From a virus: 43,043 nucleotides of DNA. The stretch lies in the UHGV virus genome UHGV-1376855. One strand, given 5' to 3'. Shown piece after piece: positions 32,363 through 42,419 of this stretch. Numbering within the stretch: position 1 is the first letter of the stretch; every line of letters begins with the position of its first letter. Made by a program: the position numbers and the translations under genes. Below the pieces are notes generated by a model. The model made no database searches, was not told where the DNA came from, and was given only the letters and a program-made list of their open reading frames with translations.

Positions 32363-32848
32363 TTACGGCTTATAAAACTTCCAAACCTGTTTCCAGTTTT
32401 GACCGTCATAAAAATCATACCAGATACCGGTGTTGTTAAATGCGATTGATGCAATCTCGCCAGAATCATATTGTAACTGGAATGCCCGGTCGGTCCGGTC
32501 GGAATATACGGCTGTAAACCCATTAATGTTCTCGACGCCGTTTAAAGTCACCTTTGCGTTGGCCGCTGCTAAATTGCTATTTGCAGTAGCAATATCATCC
32601 GTATTTTTTGTGATTGCTTGCTGCATCGAATAGACCAGCGAAGATGACGGAACTGTGGTTTGTGAATTTGTTTGAACGGTTGAAATTAATGCTTTTAGTG
32701 TATCAATTATTTCATTAGCTTTTTCAACAGTTTCTTCCAGTTTATTTTCTGTTTTATTAAGATGTTCAGCATCAATATCCGGTTCAGAATTATTTACATA
32801 ATTAGTTGGATTATAGTTGTCCATTTTTTCTAAATCATTTATTGCCAT
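32363..32848 (-). CDS. tail fibre / receptor-binding tip protein (coiled N-terminus then beta domain)
   Basis: 161-aa ORF in the fibre cluster. Confidence 0.45.
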   Translation of the reverse strand: MAINDLEKMDNYNPTNYVNNSEPDIDAEHLNKTENKLEETVEKANEIIDTLKALISTVQTNSQTTVPSSSLVYSMQQAITKNTDDIATANSNLAAANAKVTLNGVENINGFTAVYSDRTDRAFQLQYDSGEIASIAFNNTGIWYDFYDGQNWKQVWKFYKP

Positions 32849-32857
32849 GCTCTCCTC

Positions 32858-33793
32858 CTATATGCTGCATTTTAATTCCCTTAATGTCATATTGACAACT
32901 GATGTACTTGCTGTAGTGCGCATAAAAAGTGATATATATATAAATCGTGTTCCAGTAATATTGGATACATCAAAACTATTCGTTTTTAAATTGCCTGATG
33001 TATTTGGTATTTCTCTCCTCCAATAATCTTCTAGTCCATCATTATAATCCTTTCCAGAGCCACTAGAATCTCTCATATATATATAATCACTAACATATCC
33101 AGTAGCCAGCACCATTTCACAACCACCAGATGCATTGGCGAGGGAATATTTTAACGTTATTCGATTGATATTATCAAAATTGAGAGGAACATTAAATACA
33201 ATTGCTGTTGTTACATAATCTGTGCTAAGGGGATTCTCAAGATGAATGTTATTCCGCCCAAATGTCACGTCCCCTTTGTAGTACGCTCCTCCTTTGCGCC
33301 CAAAGGAAGGAAACGAGCTTATTGATTGTCCTGGAGCAAACACACCATTGTAATATGGCGTATATGGGTCGTCATTTTCATATCCTTCGTAAGTTCCTAC
33401 AATAGTTGTATCTCCTACCCTAATGACTACATTCTTTTTTATATTTGATGCAATAAGATTCGGTAGTCTTTCAACAAAAACATCGCCTGACATATATTTA
33501 CCAGCTGTATCTACTGTTTGCAAATCCGCGCTTGGAACAACGTACTGATTACCTAGTGTAGGTATATTTTGTGTTACTGTACTACCAGCTTCATAAAACC
33601 CTTCTCCTAAAGATAACGTCTGATTTAATTGTAGTTCATGCTTTTCAGGTTGTATAATCGGCATTGTTCCAATTTGTTCATCATCGCTTCCACGACCTAA
33701 AAATATTTTTCCTGCCTTTACGCTCGATTGAAGGGCAGTTAAATCACTTGTATCTGCATTAGCTCCATTCTTTTTAATTATGCAATCAGCCAT
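32858..33793 (-). CDS. receptor-binding/fibre protein, long paralogue
   Basis: N-terminal ~130 aa paralogous to 33796..34200 (MAxCI...GTMP...IPTLGxQYV.PS...GTxEG) plus a unique C-terminal domain. Confidence 0.5.
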   Translation of the reverse strand: MADCIIKKNGANADTSDLTALQSSVKAGKIFLGRGSDDEQIGTMPIIQPEKHELQLNQTLSLGEGFYEAGSTVTQNIPTLGNQYVVPSADLQTVDTAGKYMSGDVFVERLPNLIASNIKKNVVIRVGDTTIVGTYEGYENDDPYTPYYNGVFAPGQSISSFPSFGRKGGAYYKGDVTFGRNNIHLENPLSTDYVTTAIVFNVPLNFDNINRITLKYSLANASGGCEMVLATGYVSDYIYMRDSSGSGKDYNDGLEDYWRREIPNTSGNLKTNSFDVSNITGTRFIYISLFMRTTASTSVVNMTLRELKCSI

Positions 33794-33795
33794 TT

Positions 33796-34200
33796 TTAAT
33801 CAACCCATCCCTCAAATGTCCCAATATATGGACCTATTTTAACTCCCTTTTTTATCACAGCGCTTGAAATCCCCGATATACCACCAATAAAAACATTGCC
33901 GGTCATATATGTTCCTTTAACTCCAGCCGTTGTTCCATTGATGGAAGGGTCAACGTATTGTGCTCCCAATGTTGGAATATCTTGTTTTAATGTTATTGAA
34001 ACAAAATACCCTTCTGGAATAGAAAACTTTCCGTTAATGGGAAAATCATGTTCCACATTGTAATAAGTAGGCATAGTTCCTTCTTGTGTATTTTCTGTTC
34101 CTGCACCAATAAAAGTTTGTCCATATTTGACATCTTCTGGTTTTGCAGTGAGATAATCATTATTAAACATACCGCCGTTATATAGTATACATTCTGCCAT
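33796..34200 (-). CDS. receptor-binding/fibre protein, short paralogue
   Basis: shares an N-terminal anchor domain with the downstream gene. Confidence 0.5.
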   Translation of the reverse strand: MAECILYNGGMFNNDYLTAKPEDVKYGQTFIGAGTENTQEGTMPTYYNVEHDFPINGKFSIPEGYFVSITLKQDIPTLGAQYVDPSINGTTAGVKGTYMTGNVFIGGISGISSAVIKKGVKIGPYIGTFEGWVD

Positions 34201-34201
34201 A

Positions 34202-34678
34202 CTAGTTCCCCGCCCCTTTTACAAGAATTTGAAAATCAGTTGATGGCTTAGAGCCATAGCAATATAATGTGACAATTCCATTTCCGCTCTCAGCACTATC
34301 GACATATCCAAAAGCCTTTTTTCTCTCTCTGGCTACGCTTGCGCTTGGTTTATCCCCTAAATATGGACCACCAATAATAAGCCCAATGTTCTCTTTTGCT
34401 CCCGGAACACCCACTGTCTGAGAATATGGGACAGAGGTGCTCCAATTTGCCGAAGGGACCATAATCCTTTTTATACCTTTGATATCTTGGATTTCTGAGT
34501 TGTTTTGTAATACAGCCTTATTGGTTTCGTTAATATCAGCAGCCGAAAAAATGTCTCCTATTTCTTGATACTCTGTTTTATCTTCAAGCGTTGTTAGGCC
34601 GGTTGACGCATCTGTGGTCATCTTATATTTTCGTAATCCAGAAAATTTGTCATTTTTAAAATTTGTTTTTAAATTCAT
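34202..34678 (-). CDS. hypothetical tail/baseplate protein
   Basis: 158-aa track ORF in the tail module. Confidence 0.4.
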   Translation of the reverse strand: MNLKTNFKNDKFSGLRKYKMTTDASTGLTTLEDKTEYQEIGDIFSAADINETNKAVLQNNSEIQDIKGIKRIMVPSANWSTSVPYSQTVGVPGAKENIGLIIGGPYLGDKPSASVARERKKAFGYVDSAESGNGIVTLYCYGSKPSTDFQILVKGAGN

Positions 34679-35115
34679 AGATTAATACCTCTGTTTCCTA
34701 TAACTTTGGTTCCCAATTTAAACGACAAATATTGAGGACCCGGATAGGACTTTTCAATCAAATTACCTAAATCATAAATGATTTTTTCTATGGCATTGGC
34801 CTGATAAATTGATGTGTATGTTATCTTATCTGGGGTAAGGGGAGTGCTATCACCTGTATAGTACGCGTTTCTTATTGCAACTATATTTTTTCTTAGACGT
34901 TCCATTTCTTTATCCGTCCTATGGTCCTCCGGTTTCCAATTTAGCTTGTTGTTTGTTATATTTCTATATCCATACTGGTTTAAAACATAAGATACCCATT
35001 TAATCGCCTGTTCGATTCGGTTGAGGTCTTTATAATCAATGTAGGCTTTGTCGGTCAATTTTATTATGTCTGTCTGTGTACGGTCAAAAATAAGGGATTC
35101 TAAATACTTACTCAT
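34675..35115 (-). CDS. hypothetical tail/baseplate protein
   Basis: 146-aa track ORF. Confidence 0.4.
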   Translation of the reverse strand: MSKYLESLIFDRTQTDIIKLTDKAYIDYKDLNRIEQAIKWVSYVLNQYGYRNITNNKLNWKPEDHRTDKEMERLRKNIVAIRNAYYTGDSTPLTPDKITYTSIYQANAIEKIIYDLGNLIEKSYPGPQYLSFKLGTKVIGNRGINL

Positions 35116-36970
35116 GTATTTTTACCTCTGCCTTAATTTCGTTTGGAGAAAAACTATAATTGTAGCTCTCAATGATACCGGTGCGGTATCCATCGTAATC
35201 TGTATCAATCTTAACTTTCTGTCCCAATTTTTTGTTTCCAATAAGTACATCTCCCACAACATTTTCTGCTCGCTGATAATATGCATATACACGTTCAAGC
35301 ACTTGCTGAGCATTACCATTGTTCACCAACGTTGCATCTGTTACTTCGCGAATATTTTTGTTAAACACAATATCGGGATTCTCTTTAAGTATTGATGTGG
35401 TAAGATGGTTGTATTTCTTTCCGGTTAGTATTACATTTACACCGGTTCCGGTTATGTAAGCATAGTTATCACCAAACTGACCAATGGTTCCGCCAGTTAT
35501 CTCCAGACTATGATAAGGCTCACTAAAAATAACCTCTGCTGTTCCATTCAAAGTATCATTATATAGTTCTTGTGCCTCATCCGATTTTTGATATGTATGA
35601 ACTGTTAGCCGGATTCCAGTGACAATATCAGAATGCTCCAATGTAACCCCAGAAAATACTTCATCATTCAAAAATTCACCACTCAAAGCATTTTCTTGCG
35701 GATAGATAACAATTCCATCGTAATTGCTTGTATCTGCAATAGCTCCAATAGCAAAGCATATGTATACTAATGCGTTTCTCTTTGTGGTATATGGTATGTA
35801 TCCATAAAGAGGAATATCTGAAAATGATTCATCCAACAAATAATTAAAATCTTCATTCTCAAATATTTTCTCTAATACTTCAGAAACCGGCTGGCCTGTA
35901 TATATTCCTCCAGCGAATTCATTGCCATCCAATACGCCCACTGCATCATGCGCGTCCATATGGTAATCCGTTTTGTTTTTCCTGGCACCGTTTTTAAGAT
36001 AAAAATTTCCTATAAGCTCACCGTTGAAATATAAAGTAAGTTTCTGCTTTTTCTGTAAATCAAACGGTATATTGGATGTTGTCCTGACCGTGAAATTTAA
36101 TGTGTTAATACTTATGCTTTCTGATATTGCATTGATTTCTTGCAAACAGTTTCTTTCCAATAATTCGTTATCTAGAAAATCACGGTATATACCATAATCT
36201 ATTCTGGTAACAAATACTGGCCTTATGGGTTTTGATGTCTGCAAAAACGTGATTTCCAGTTTGCTATATCCTCTCACATAATTATTACAAAAATATCTAA
36301 CTGAATCCGGGGAAAACTCCATATCTGACAAGAGGTTATTATCCGAGTACCACTTTACTCTCATTCGTGTACAATAATCTCCAGACATCATATTAAAAGT
36401 AAAGAGCAATCCTACACTGGTGAATTTTTGATTAAAGGTTACTGTAAGCATGGGGGATTCAATTATCTTTTCAGTTGTTGATTTAGGATATAAAAACATT
36501 CCTGGATGCAAACCTATTTGGGGCTTAAGTCCTTGTATTTGCTTAACATATCCGAACAATCCTTGTTCATTTGATACTTCTGGACTTATATATCCATACG
36601 GAAGTGGATTATCTGGAAAATTGATATACTTTCCATTAAGCAGAGAAAACCGTGGAAAGCATAGAGCATATCCGGGATAAGAAATATCATCTCGCTTTAA
36701 TTCTGGAAATTCCTGCTCTATTATTGTCCCATGCGGATGTAAACCAGGGCCTGGATGAAGCCCTATTCTCGGTCTTAATCCAGGCCTTGTAATGGATGCT
36801 GTACTATTTTCTTTGGCATAAGGGGCCAAGTCGTCATAAACAATCTTTAATCCCTCAGTATTCTGTTCTGCGTCAGATAATATGGATTGCTTTAAAAACA
36901 CATCACGGCCTCCTCTGCGGCTCCATAGCGGTAAAGGTAATGGATAACCCGGTCCAATGGTTACGCTCAC
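35108..36970 (-). CDS. Tal-like tail tip protein (prophage-tail-endopeptidase-like), possibly fused or frameshifted with the upstream Dit-like ORF
   Basis: 620-aa ORF after the tape-measure and Dit-like genes; no clean start near 36970. Confidence 0.5.
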   Translation of the reverse strand: MSVTIGPGYPLPLPLWSRRGGRDVFLKQSILSDAEQNTEGLKIVYDDLAPYAKENSTASITRPGLRPRIGLHPGPGLHPHGTIIEQEFPELKRDDISYPGYALCFPRFSLLNGKYINFPDNPLPYGYISPEVSNEQGLFGYVKQIQGLKPQIGLHPGMFLYPKSTTEKIIESPMLTVTFNQKFTSVGLLFTFNMMSGDYCTRMRVKWYSDNNLLSDMEFSPDSVRYFCNNYVRGYSKLEITFLQTSKPIRPVFVTRIDYGIYRDFLDNELLERNCLQEINAISESISINTLNFTVRTTSNIPFDLQKKQKLTLYFNGELIGNFYLKNGARKNKTDYHMDAHDAVGVLDGNEFAGGIYTGQPVSEVLEKIFENEDFNYLLDESFSDIPLYGYIPYTTKRNALVYICFAIGAIADTSNYDGIVIYPQENALSGEFLNDEVFSGVTLEHSDIVTGIRLTVHTYQKSDEAQELYNDTLNGTAEVIFSEPYHSLEITGGTIGQFGDNYAYITGTGVNVILTGKKYNHLTTSILKENPDIVFNKNIREVTDATLVNNGNAQQVLERVYAYYQRAENVVGDVLIGNKKLGQKVKIDTDYDGYRTGIIESYNYSFSPNEIKAEVKIHE

Positions 36971-37313
36971 CTTCTTTTCCGTTTTTGTTGATTTTTAATT
37001 CATCATCCCCGCTCGTTATGTATGCTTCAAATTCTTTGGTTACTTGACCATATGGAAATATCATGTTGTGATATTGAACCGGGGCGGAGATAATTTCATA
37101 AAATGTATCATAGTCAGCTGGATTACTTCTTTCTGCATCAATATCGAGAGTGTAATTATAAAATGTACCAATAATATCACGATGCATCCGGCGAGACTGC
37201 ACACGCCCAGAATTTTCACTATCTGTGACCGAAAAATTTCGCTTTAAGGATTTCACCCATAGGCGAAGATTAACTCCGTCTATGGTAAATACTCCGTCCA
37301 CATTCTGTGCCAT
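36903..37313 (-). CDS. distal-tail (Dit)-like protein, N-terminal part
   Basis: 136-aa ORF immediately after the tape measure; too short for a full Dit; overlaps the next ORF by 68 nt. Confidence 0.4.
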   Translation of the reverse strand: MAQNVDGVFTIDGVNLRLWVKSLKRNFSVTDSENSGRVQSRRMHRDIIGTFYNYTLDIDAERSNPADYDTFYEIISAPVQYHNMIFPYGQVTKEFEAYITSGDDELKINKNGKEGERNHWTGLSITFTAMEPQRRP

Positions 37314-39769
37314 TATACGCTTCCTTCCGTTACCATTCTTACACCTACACGATTCTTTTCGTTGTTTCCGAATTTGACTACAAGCTGACCAAATCTTGTA
37401 CCATCAAGTATTAGATCTGCTTTAGCAATCTGGTTTCTGCTAGATTTATTGCTCTCTGCCAAAGCTTCTTTGAGAGCTTGCTTCATAGTTGACAAAGGGG
37501 ATACCACTTCTGTTTCACGGTTGTTATCTCCCAAGATAGCAGCAAACATTCCAGCCCGTGGTGGTACTACTGTTCCGGTTGCAAGCATTGGCATTTTATA
37601 TGGGACTGCTGCATAGGCAGACATGGGATAGGCACTTCTTCCTCCATACCCACCAGAATATCCGGCAGATGCAGCACGCTTACCAGCATTAATTGCTATT
37701 GTAGCAGCAGCTATTCCAGCAGCTAATGAAGCAGCTACAACACCAGCGCCTACACCACCAGCCAAAGCGCCCAAAGCAACCGCCAAGATTCCTACTGCTG
37801 AAGCCGCTGCCAGTATACTTGCTATGACTTTTTCTGTTGGGGACATGTTGTTCCAGTTTTTGGCCAATACAGCAATCAGCGATATTATGCCTGATATAGC
37901 AAGGACAAGTGGATTTATATTTGATACAGTTCTTGCTAAAAGTGAAATAACACGTTCTCCAATTGCTAAAAATCCTCCAAGATTGCTTATTAATTGTCCT
38001 ATTCCCAATACAAATTCTGAAAACTTCCATGCTGCAAAAAATGCCAGTACTGCAAGTGTAATATTTTCCACCAATGTCTGGTTTTGACTTATCCAGTCCG
38101 AAAATCTAGTAAGCCATTCCACAATTTTTTCTAATGCAGCTATGATAACTCCCCCGGTCCACTCTCCTAATGGCTGTAAAAATTCTTCCCATAACCATAT
38201 TCCAAAAGGCTTAAGTGCATCAATCACACTATGTATTGCTTTTAATGCTGCCGCAATTAAATCAAATACTGCCGGCAATGCTTGTTCTATTCCCCATTTT
38301 GCAATTGGAAGCAATACATTGTTAAGAAACCACAATAGTAAATTTCCAACATCTGATACAATGGGTTTTATAGCAACTAACACCCTGTCAAAACTTTCCA
38401 GCAAAGGAGTAAAATCTAAATCCGCAGACCATTCTTTTAAACTTTCTGATGCCTGACGGAAAAATCCTGTTATTTCAAGAATGATATCCCCCAAGTGTCT
38501 TAAAATGTTTGTCCCGGTATCGCCAGATACCCATGCCTTATCAAAGTTGGTGACTAAATTTCCGACTGTATCAACCAGATTTGAAAATGTGATTAGTAAA
38601 TCATCTGTAATTGCTTTCCCATATCCCTCTACGTTCCACACTTGCATGAATGATGCACCTACATCACTTGCAAGTTGCTTGATAGCAGAAAATGTATTTT
38701 GCAGTGAACTCATTACCTGCGGGCCATTTTCAAACCACGATTCCTTAAGTGGGTCGAACAGTTTTCCCAGAGTATCCTTTATTGCTTCTGCCTGCAACTT
38801 AATGTCATTGGATACTTCTTCAGTGATAAACATATCTTCCGGTTTAAGTTCGTTCTTATCTTCCTTCTTTTTCTTGCCGGTTGTTATCTGTATCAGCTTA
38901 TCAAATGGTGCTAATGCCTTTTCTGTTTCTTTGGCTGCATCTTTGGTTTCATCGTTCGTCTTGTCCAGGCTATCAGCATAATCTTGCTGTACCTTAACCG
39001 CCTTAACAAATGTATCCTTTCCGGTTAATGCTGCCAATAGTTGCGCCGTCCAGGTGACGGCCTGGGATAGTAAATTGATAAACTGAGTCAGGGCCGGAGC
39101 TACATACTCAACCAACGGGGAAAAGGCTGTGGCGAAAGAGTTTTTAAGCCGAGTCATACCAGACATCAGTATGGATAATGCCTTATTGGTATCATCCGAA
39201 TACTGGGCCAGATTATCAATACCTTCTTTTAATCCGCCTGTTACTGCGGAAATGGCGCGGAATACAGTGCTAAATAAGATAGATGTTGCAAGCATTCGGC
39301 CCAATCCCATTCGTGCACCGCGGGCGGCTTTCTCAGTACCTTTTAAAGATTTATTGAGCTTACTTCCACTTTTGCTTGCTTTCTTTTGTTCATTATCAAC
39401 ACCGAGCAATTTTTTCTTATAATCCTGCATTGCTTTTTTCGCCCGCTGCAATCCTGCTAATGCTTTGTCGTATGGTGCATCTCCAAGTCCATAACCAGCC
39501 TTTTCAGCGTAATACAATGCATCTTTATACCGGTCCACTTCATCTTGCAAATTGCGTACACTCGGTGTAAGATTTTGTATAGATTTTGAAGCAGATGAAA
39601 ATGTATGTTTCATTATGCTTGGTATATCTTTAAAGGCCTGGGGCAGAAGCTTTATGTAATCCATCGTTCCAGACAGGGTTCTTTTAATATCTTCGCTCCC
39701 CGTTTTTGCACCATCAGTATTGATTTTTGTATTTATTAATACTGTTCCATCTGGCTGCAAAAACATCAC
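37313..39769 (-). CDS. tail tape-measure protein
   Basis: 818 aa; coiled-coil N-terminus, multiple TM/Gly-rich segments; sits between the chaperones and Dit. Confidence 0.85.
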   Translation of the reverse strand: MMFLQPDGTVLINTKINTDGAKTGSEDIKRTLSGTMDYIKLLPQAFKDIPSIMKHTFSSASKSIQNLTPSVRNLQDEVDRYKDALYYAEKAGYGLGDAPYDKALAGLQRAKKAMQDYKKKLLGVDNEQKKASKSGSKLNKSLKGTEKAARGARMGLGRMLATSILFSTVFRAISAVTGGLKEGIDNLAQYSDDTNKALSILMSGMTRLKNSFATAFSPLVEYVAPALTQFINLLSQAVTWTAQLLAALTGKDTFVKAVKVQQDYADSLDKTNDETKDAAKETEKALAPFDKLIQITTGKKKKEDKNELKPEDMFITEEVSNDIKLQAEAIKDTLGKLFDPLKESWFENGPQVMSSLQNTFSAIKQLASDVGASFMQVWNVEGYGKAITDDLLITFSNLVDTVGNLVTNFDKAWVSGDTGTNILRHLGDIILEITGFFRQASESLKEWSADLDFTPLLESFDRVLVAIKPIVSDVGNLLLWFLNNVLLPIAKWGIEQALPAVFDLIAAALKAIHSVIDALKPFGIWLWEEFLQPLGEWTGGVIIAALEKIVEWLTRFSDWISQNQTLVENITLAVLAFFAAWKFSEFVLGIGQLISNLGGFLAIGERVISLLARTVSNINPLVLAISGIISLIAVLAKNWNNMSPTEKVIASILAAASAVGILAVALGALAGGVGAGVVAASLAAGIAAATIAINAGKRAASAGYSGGYGGRSAYPMSAYAAVPYKMPMLATGTVVPPRAGMFAAILGDNNRETEVVSPLSTMKQALKEALAESNKSSRNQIAKADLILDGTRFGQLVVKFGNNEKNRVGVRMVTEGSV

Positions 39770-39770
39770 C

Positions 39771-40328
39771 TCACTTTAGCAACTCAGAAAAATACTCATA
39801 CTCCTCTTTTGACTTATCTTTTGTTCCTTCAAGTTCACATAGTTTTTTGTTATTATTCAAAAATTCCTGTTCCCATTTCTCCAGACGTTTTCCTTTTGTT
39901 AGCTTCTGACGGATGGAAAGAACCTGCGAAAACAATCCATCTCCAATTTCCATAAACCATCCATAAAAAGTCCACCAATGGATAATTTGACATCCGCGCG
40001 TCTCAAATCCTGCAATCCGGTTTACAGCCGGGAAAATGATTCCTGCGTCCTGTTCCCAGTCAATCACACGGGGAGATGGAGTATCTTCATGCGCTACACC
40101 ACAGTCAATAAACCATAATGCTTTTTCTGCCGCTTCTGCTAAGTCCTGAGGAGGCGGTATAACAGGCCAGTATAAGATTTCAATCATTGCCTGTGTTTTC
40201 TCTGGGTCAGATAATTCTTCATCGGCAAACGCTGATAAAATATCCAGTACCGCCCGAAAATCCTCTCGGATTTCATAATTTATTCCATTAACAGAGAGAG
40301 AATATGGGAGGGACCATGCCGCACTCAT
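39771..40328 (-). CDS. tail assembly chaperone (Gp15-like)
   Basis: LPYSLSVNGINYEIREDFRAVLDILSAFADEELSDPEK matches the phage Gp15 tail-chaperone N-terminus. Confidence 0.55.
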   Translation of the reverse strand: MSAAWSLPYSLSVNGINYEIREDFRAVLDILSAFADEELSDPEKTQAMIEILYWPVIPPPQDLAEAAEKALWFIDCGVAHEDTPSPRVIDWEQDAGIIFPAVNRIAGFETRGCQIIHWWTFYGWFMEIGDGLFSQVLSIRQKLTKGKRLEKWEQEFLNNNKKLCELEGTKDKSKEEYEYFSELLK

Positions 40329-40795
40329 TTTACAGGAAATGGATATTTACCAGGGCCAGCATTATACTGTTGTGTATATTTTCCGGCTTTACTTTCCATT
40401 TCCGTGAAATTTTTACCCGTTTCCTGCTCTATAATTTTTTTAACACTCTCAAGTATCACCAGCGCCCAAGGGTCGCCGTTTTCCATAGGGGTAAATGGAC
40501 TAGCAATTTTGAAGAAGCCAGAAGTGTCTGCGTTAAATAGATAATCAAATTTTTCCTGGAGAGACTTAGCATATTTATTAATTATTTCTAACGACAGTTC
40601 TTCCTTCTTCTTATTATCAAGAGTTGTTTTTAATTCCCTCCACATATCCTCAAATGCTTTATACACATTCTGCTGCCGTTCGAATATGTCAAGGTCTGAC
40701 GGTACAAATTTCAGAGTTGCCAGTATATCTCCATGCTGGTCCGTAAAATCGTAGTATTTAACCGGGCTTTCAATATTTATTGTAATGTTAGGCAT
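40325..40795 (-). CDS. tail assembly chaperone (gpG-like position)
   Basis: 156-aa acidic protein between the major tail gene and the second chaperone. Confidence 0.45.
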   Translation of the reverse strand: MPNITINIESPVKYYDFTDQHGDILATLKFVPSDLDIFERQQNVYKAFEDMWRELKTTLDNKKKEELSLEIINKYAKSLQEKFDYLFNADTSGFFKIASPFTPMENGDPWALVILESVKKIIEQETGKNFTEMESKAGKYTQQYNAGPGKYPFPVK

Positions 40796-40806
40796 GATTA
40801 ATCTCC

Positions 40807-41343
40807 TTAGTCGGACAACGAAGCAGGACTTGTTCCATCAGCCGTAAAAGTCATTGTTTTTGGGTCTACAGCGCCAAGAGTCCTGTCGCCTACATAGTGT
40901 ACTGTATGAGCTGCGGAAACACCTTTCAGGCCGCCTGCAAAATCTCCCAACTCAACAACACCCTCCTGCACCCATGCACGCATCTTTCCCGTGTCGTCGG
41001 TTTTGTATCGCTTTACACAGAGATATTTCAATCGCAAATCTGACAGAGTTGCTCTTTCCTCCATGAGCGTATCTATCTTCTGGGCGTATTTACTCTCACC
41101 CGATACATTGGTTGGGTCAACTGTCATGCTTTCCGAATAGCCGGTGATATCATAATTATTATTTCCAAGCACATCCTGGCTTTCTTCCGTATCTGGATTC
41201 ATCGAAATTGGCATATCCTCAACGCCTTTTCCAATAATCTCAAGTTTATCTTTTGTGATATTTGTGGCGTTTCCATCCGTTATCCAAAAGACCATAAAAT
41301 CTTTTCTTTTTGCCTCTCCATCGGCATAAGTCCATGTTGCCAC
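40807..41343 (-). CDS. major tail protein
   Basis: GTG start with RBS AGGAG; ~178 aa; position before the chaperones and tape measure; TP901-1-like size. Confidence 0.6.
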   Translation of the reverse strand: MATWTYADGEAKRKDFMVFWITDGNATNITKDKLEIIGKGVEDMPISMNPDTEESQDVLGNNNYDITGYSESMTVDPTNVSGESKYAQKIDTLMEERATLSDLRLKYLCVKRYKTDDTGKMRAWVQEGVVELGDFAGGLKGVSAAHTVHYVGDRTLGAVDPKTMTFTADGTSPASLSD

Positions 41344-41368
41344 TGTTTTTCTCCTTTCAAATAAAAAT

Positions 41369-41409
41369 AGAGCCATCACACAAGGCTCTGCGTCTTAGCG
41401 TCTGGCTCT
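41369..41409 (-). promoter_or_regulatory. conserved late-region element copy 2: AGAGCC-N9-GGCTCT hairpin plus motif GGCTCTGCGTCTTAGCGTCTGGCTCT, followed on the minus strand by AUUUUUAUUU, 25 nt upstream of the major tail RBS
   Basis: same architecture as copy 1 at 3945-4047. Confidence 0.4.
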
Positions 41410-41923
41410 ACCATCTTTCAAAATCATATTTATATTCTATCGATACTGGAAGTATCCAATCCTGCACACCATTTTCTTGAGGTTCCAGGCCATATGAATT
41501 ATCACGGGTAATTTTGGTTATCTTTCTTCCCTGGGATAATATAGGATATTCTGATAATCGTTGCTCATTCCCACCAATCACAACCGGCTCACGACACAGC
41601 CATTTACCAAACGTATCAAGAAATTCTTGTATGCTTATTTTCTGCCGTTCTTTTGTAGAAGATGTGCGGTATACAATATAAAAGGGATACTGGCAGGTCT
41701 GGTGAACTCCTCCAATCACATCCTCTGTTTCAGAAAATATTAAAGCTCCGTTATCTGCCGAAAATGCAATTCCGCAATCTTTTTCTAGTTCTTCAAATTT
41801 AACAGCTTCATATTCATATAAACCTGGGAATTGATTAAGCAAGGCCTTGACAGCTGTCGTTAATACATCATAACCGCTTGCATCTTTCCCGATTGGTTTT
41901 CGTTCATCATCCACGTTTTCCAC
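41408..41923 (-). CDS. minor capsid / tail-completion protein
   Basis: 171-aa ORF in the head-tail joining region. Confidence 0.45.
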   Translation of the reverse strand: MENVDDERKPIGKDASGYDVLTTAVKALLNQFPGLYEYEAVKFEELEKDCGIAFSADNGALIFSETEDVIGGVHQTCQYPFYIVYRTSSTKERQKISIQEFLDTFGKWLCREPVVIGGNEQRLSEYPILSQGRKITKITRDNSYGLEPQENGVQDWILPVSIEYKYDFERW

Positions 41924-42419
41924 CTCCAGCCGTTTTCTTGACTTGCTTTATCCACTCTTTATCATCTGATTTTTTTGCTGCATCAAACCATTTAGCCTGT
42001 GCCTTAGGGTGCGCTGTTTTGGTATACTGTAAATCCTCTTTTGCTTTGGTTTTTCCGCTATACTGGCTAACCAGCACTTTCTTTTCGCCTTTTTTTGCCC
42101 ATGTACTGCCCGTCACTGGGCTAACCATAGTTTTACCCCAATATAAAAAATGACCAGCAGGTCCATAGGCAGCATATACTTTTCCAATTCCTTGTATTGC
42201 AGCGCTTGCGGCTCTGGTAACATCCACAAAATTGCCTGTAATCATAGGCATAAAAGTGACCATACTATTCATGACATTTCCGTCAAGCTCATACTGCGCA
42301 CGCTGGAATTGTTTATCAAACCGTGACAAATTGAACTGTACTTTGATGTCAGCATCAATAATGGAAAAGCCTTTAAAATGTGTCGATTTACTTGTCATAC
42401 TACTTACCCAATATCTCAA
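41907..42419 (-). CDS. minor capsid / head-tail joining protein (HK97 gp10-like position)
   Basis: 170-aa ORF. Confidence 0.45.
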   Translation of the reverse strand: MRYWVSSMTSKSTHFKGFSIIDADIKVQFNLSRFDKQFQRAQYELDGNVMNSMVTFMPMITGNFVDVTRAASAAIQGIGKVYAAYGPAGHFLYWGKTMVSPVTGSTWAKKGEKKVLVSQYSGKTKAKEDLQYTKTAHPKAQAKWFDAAKKSDDKEWIKQVKKTAGGGKRG

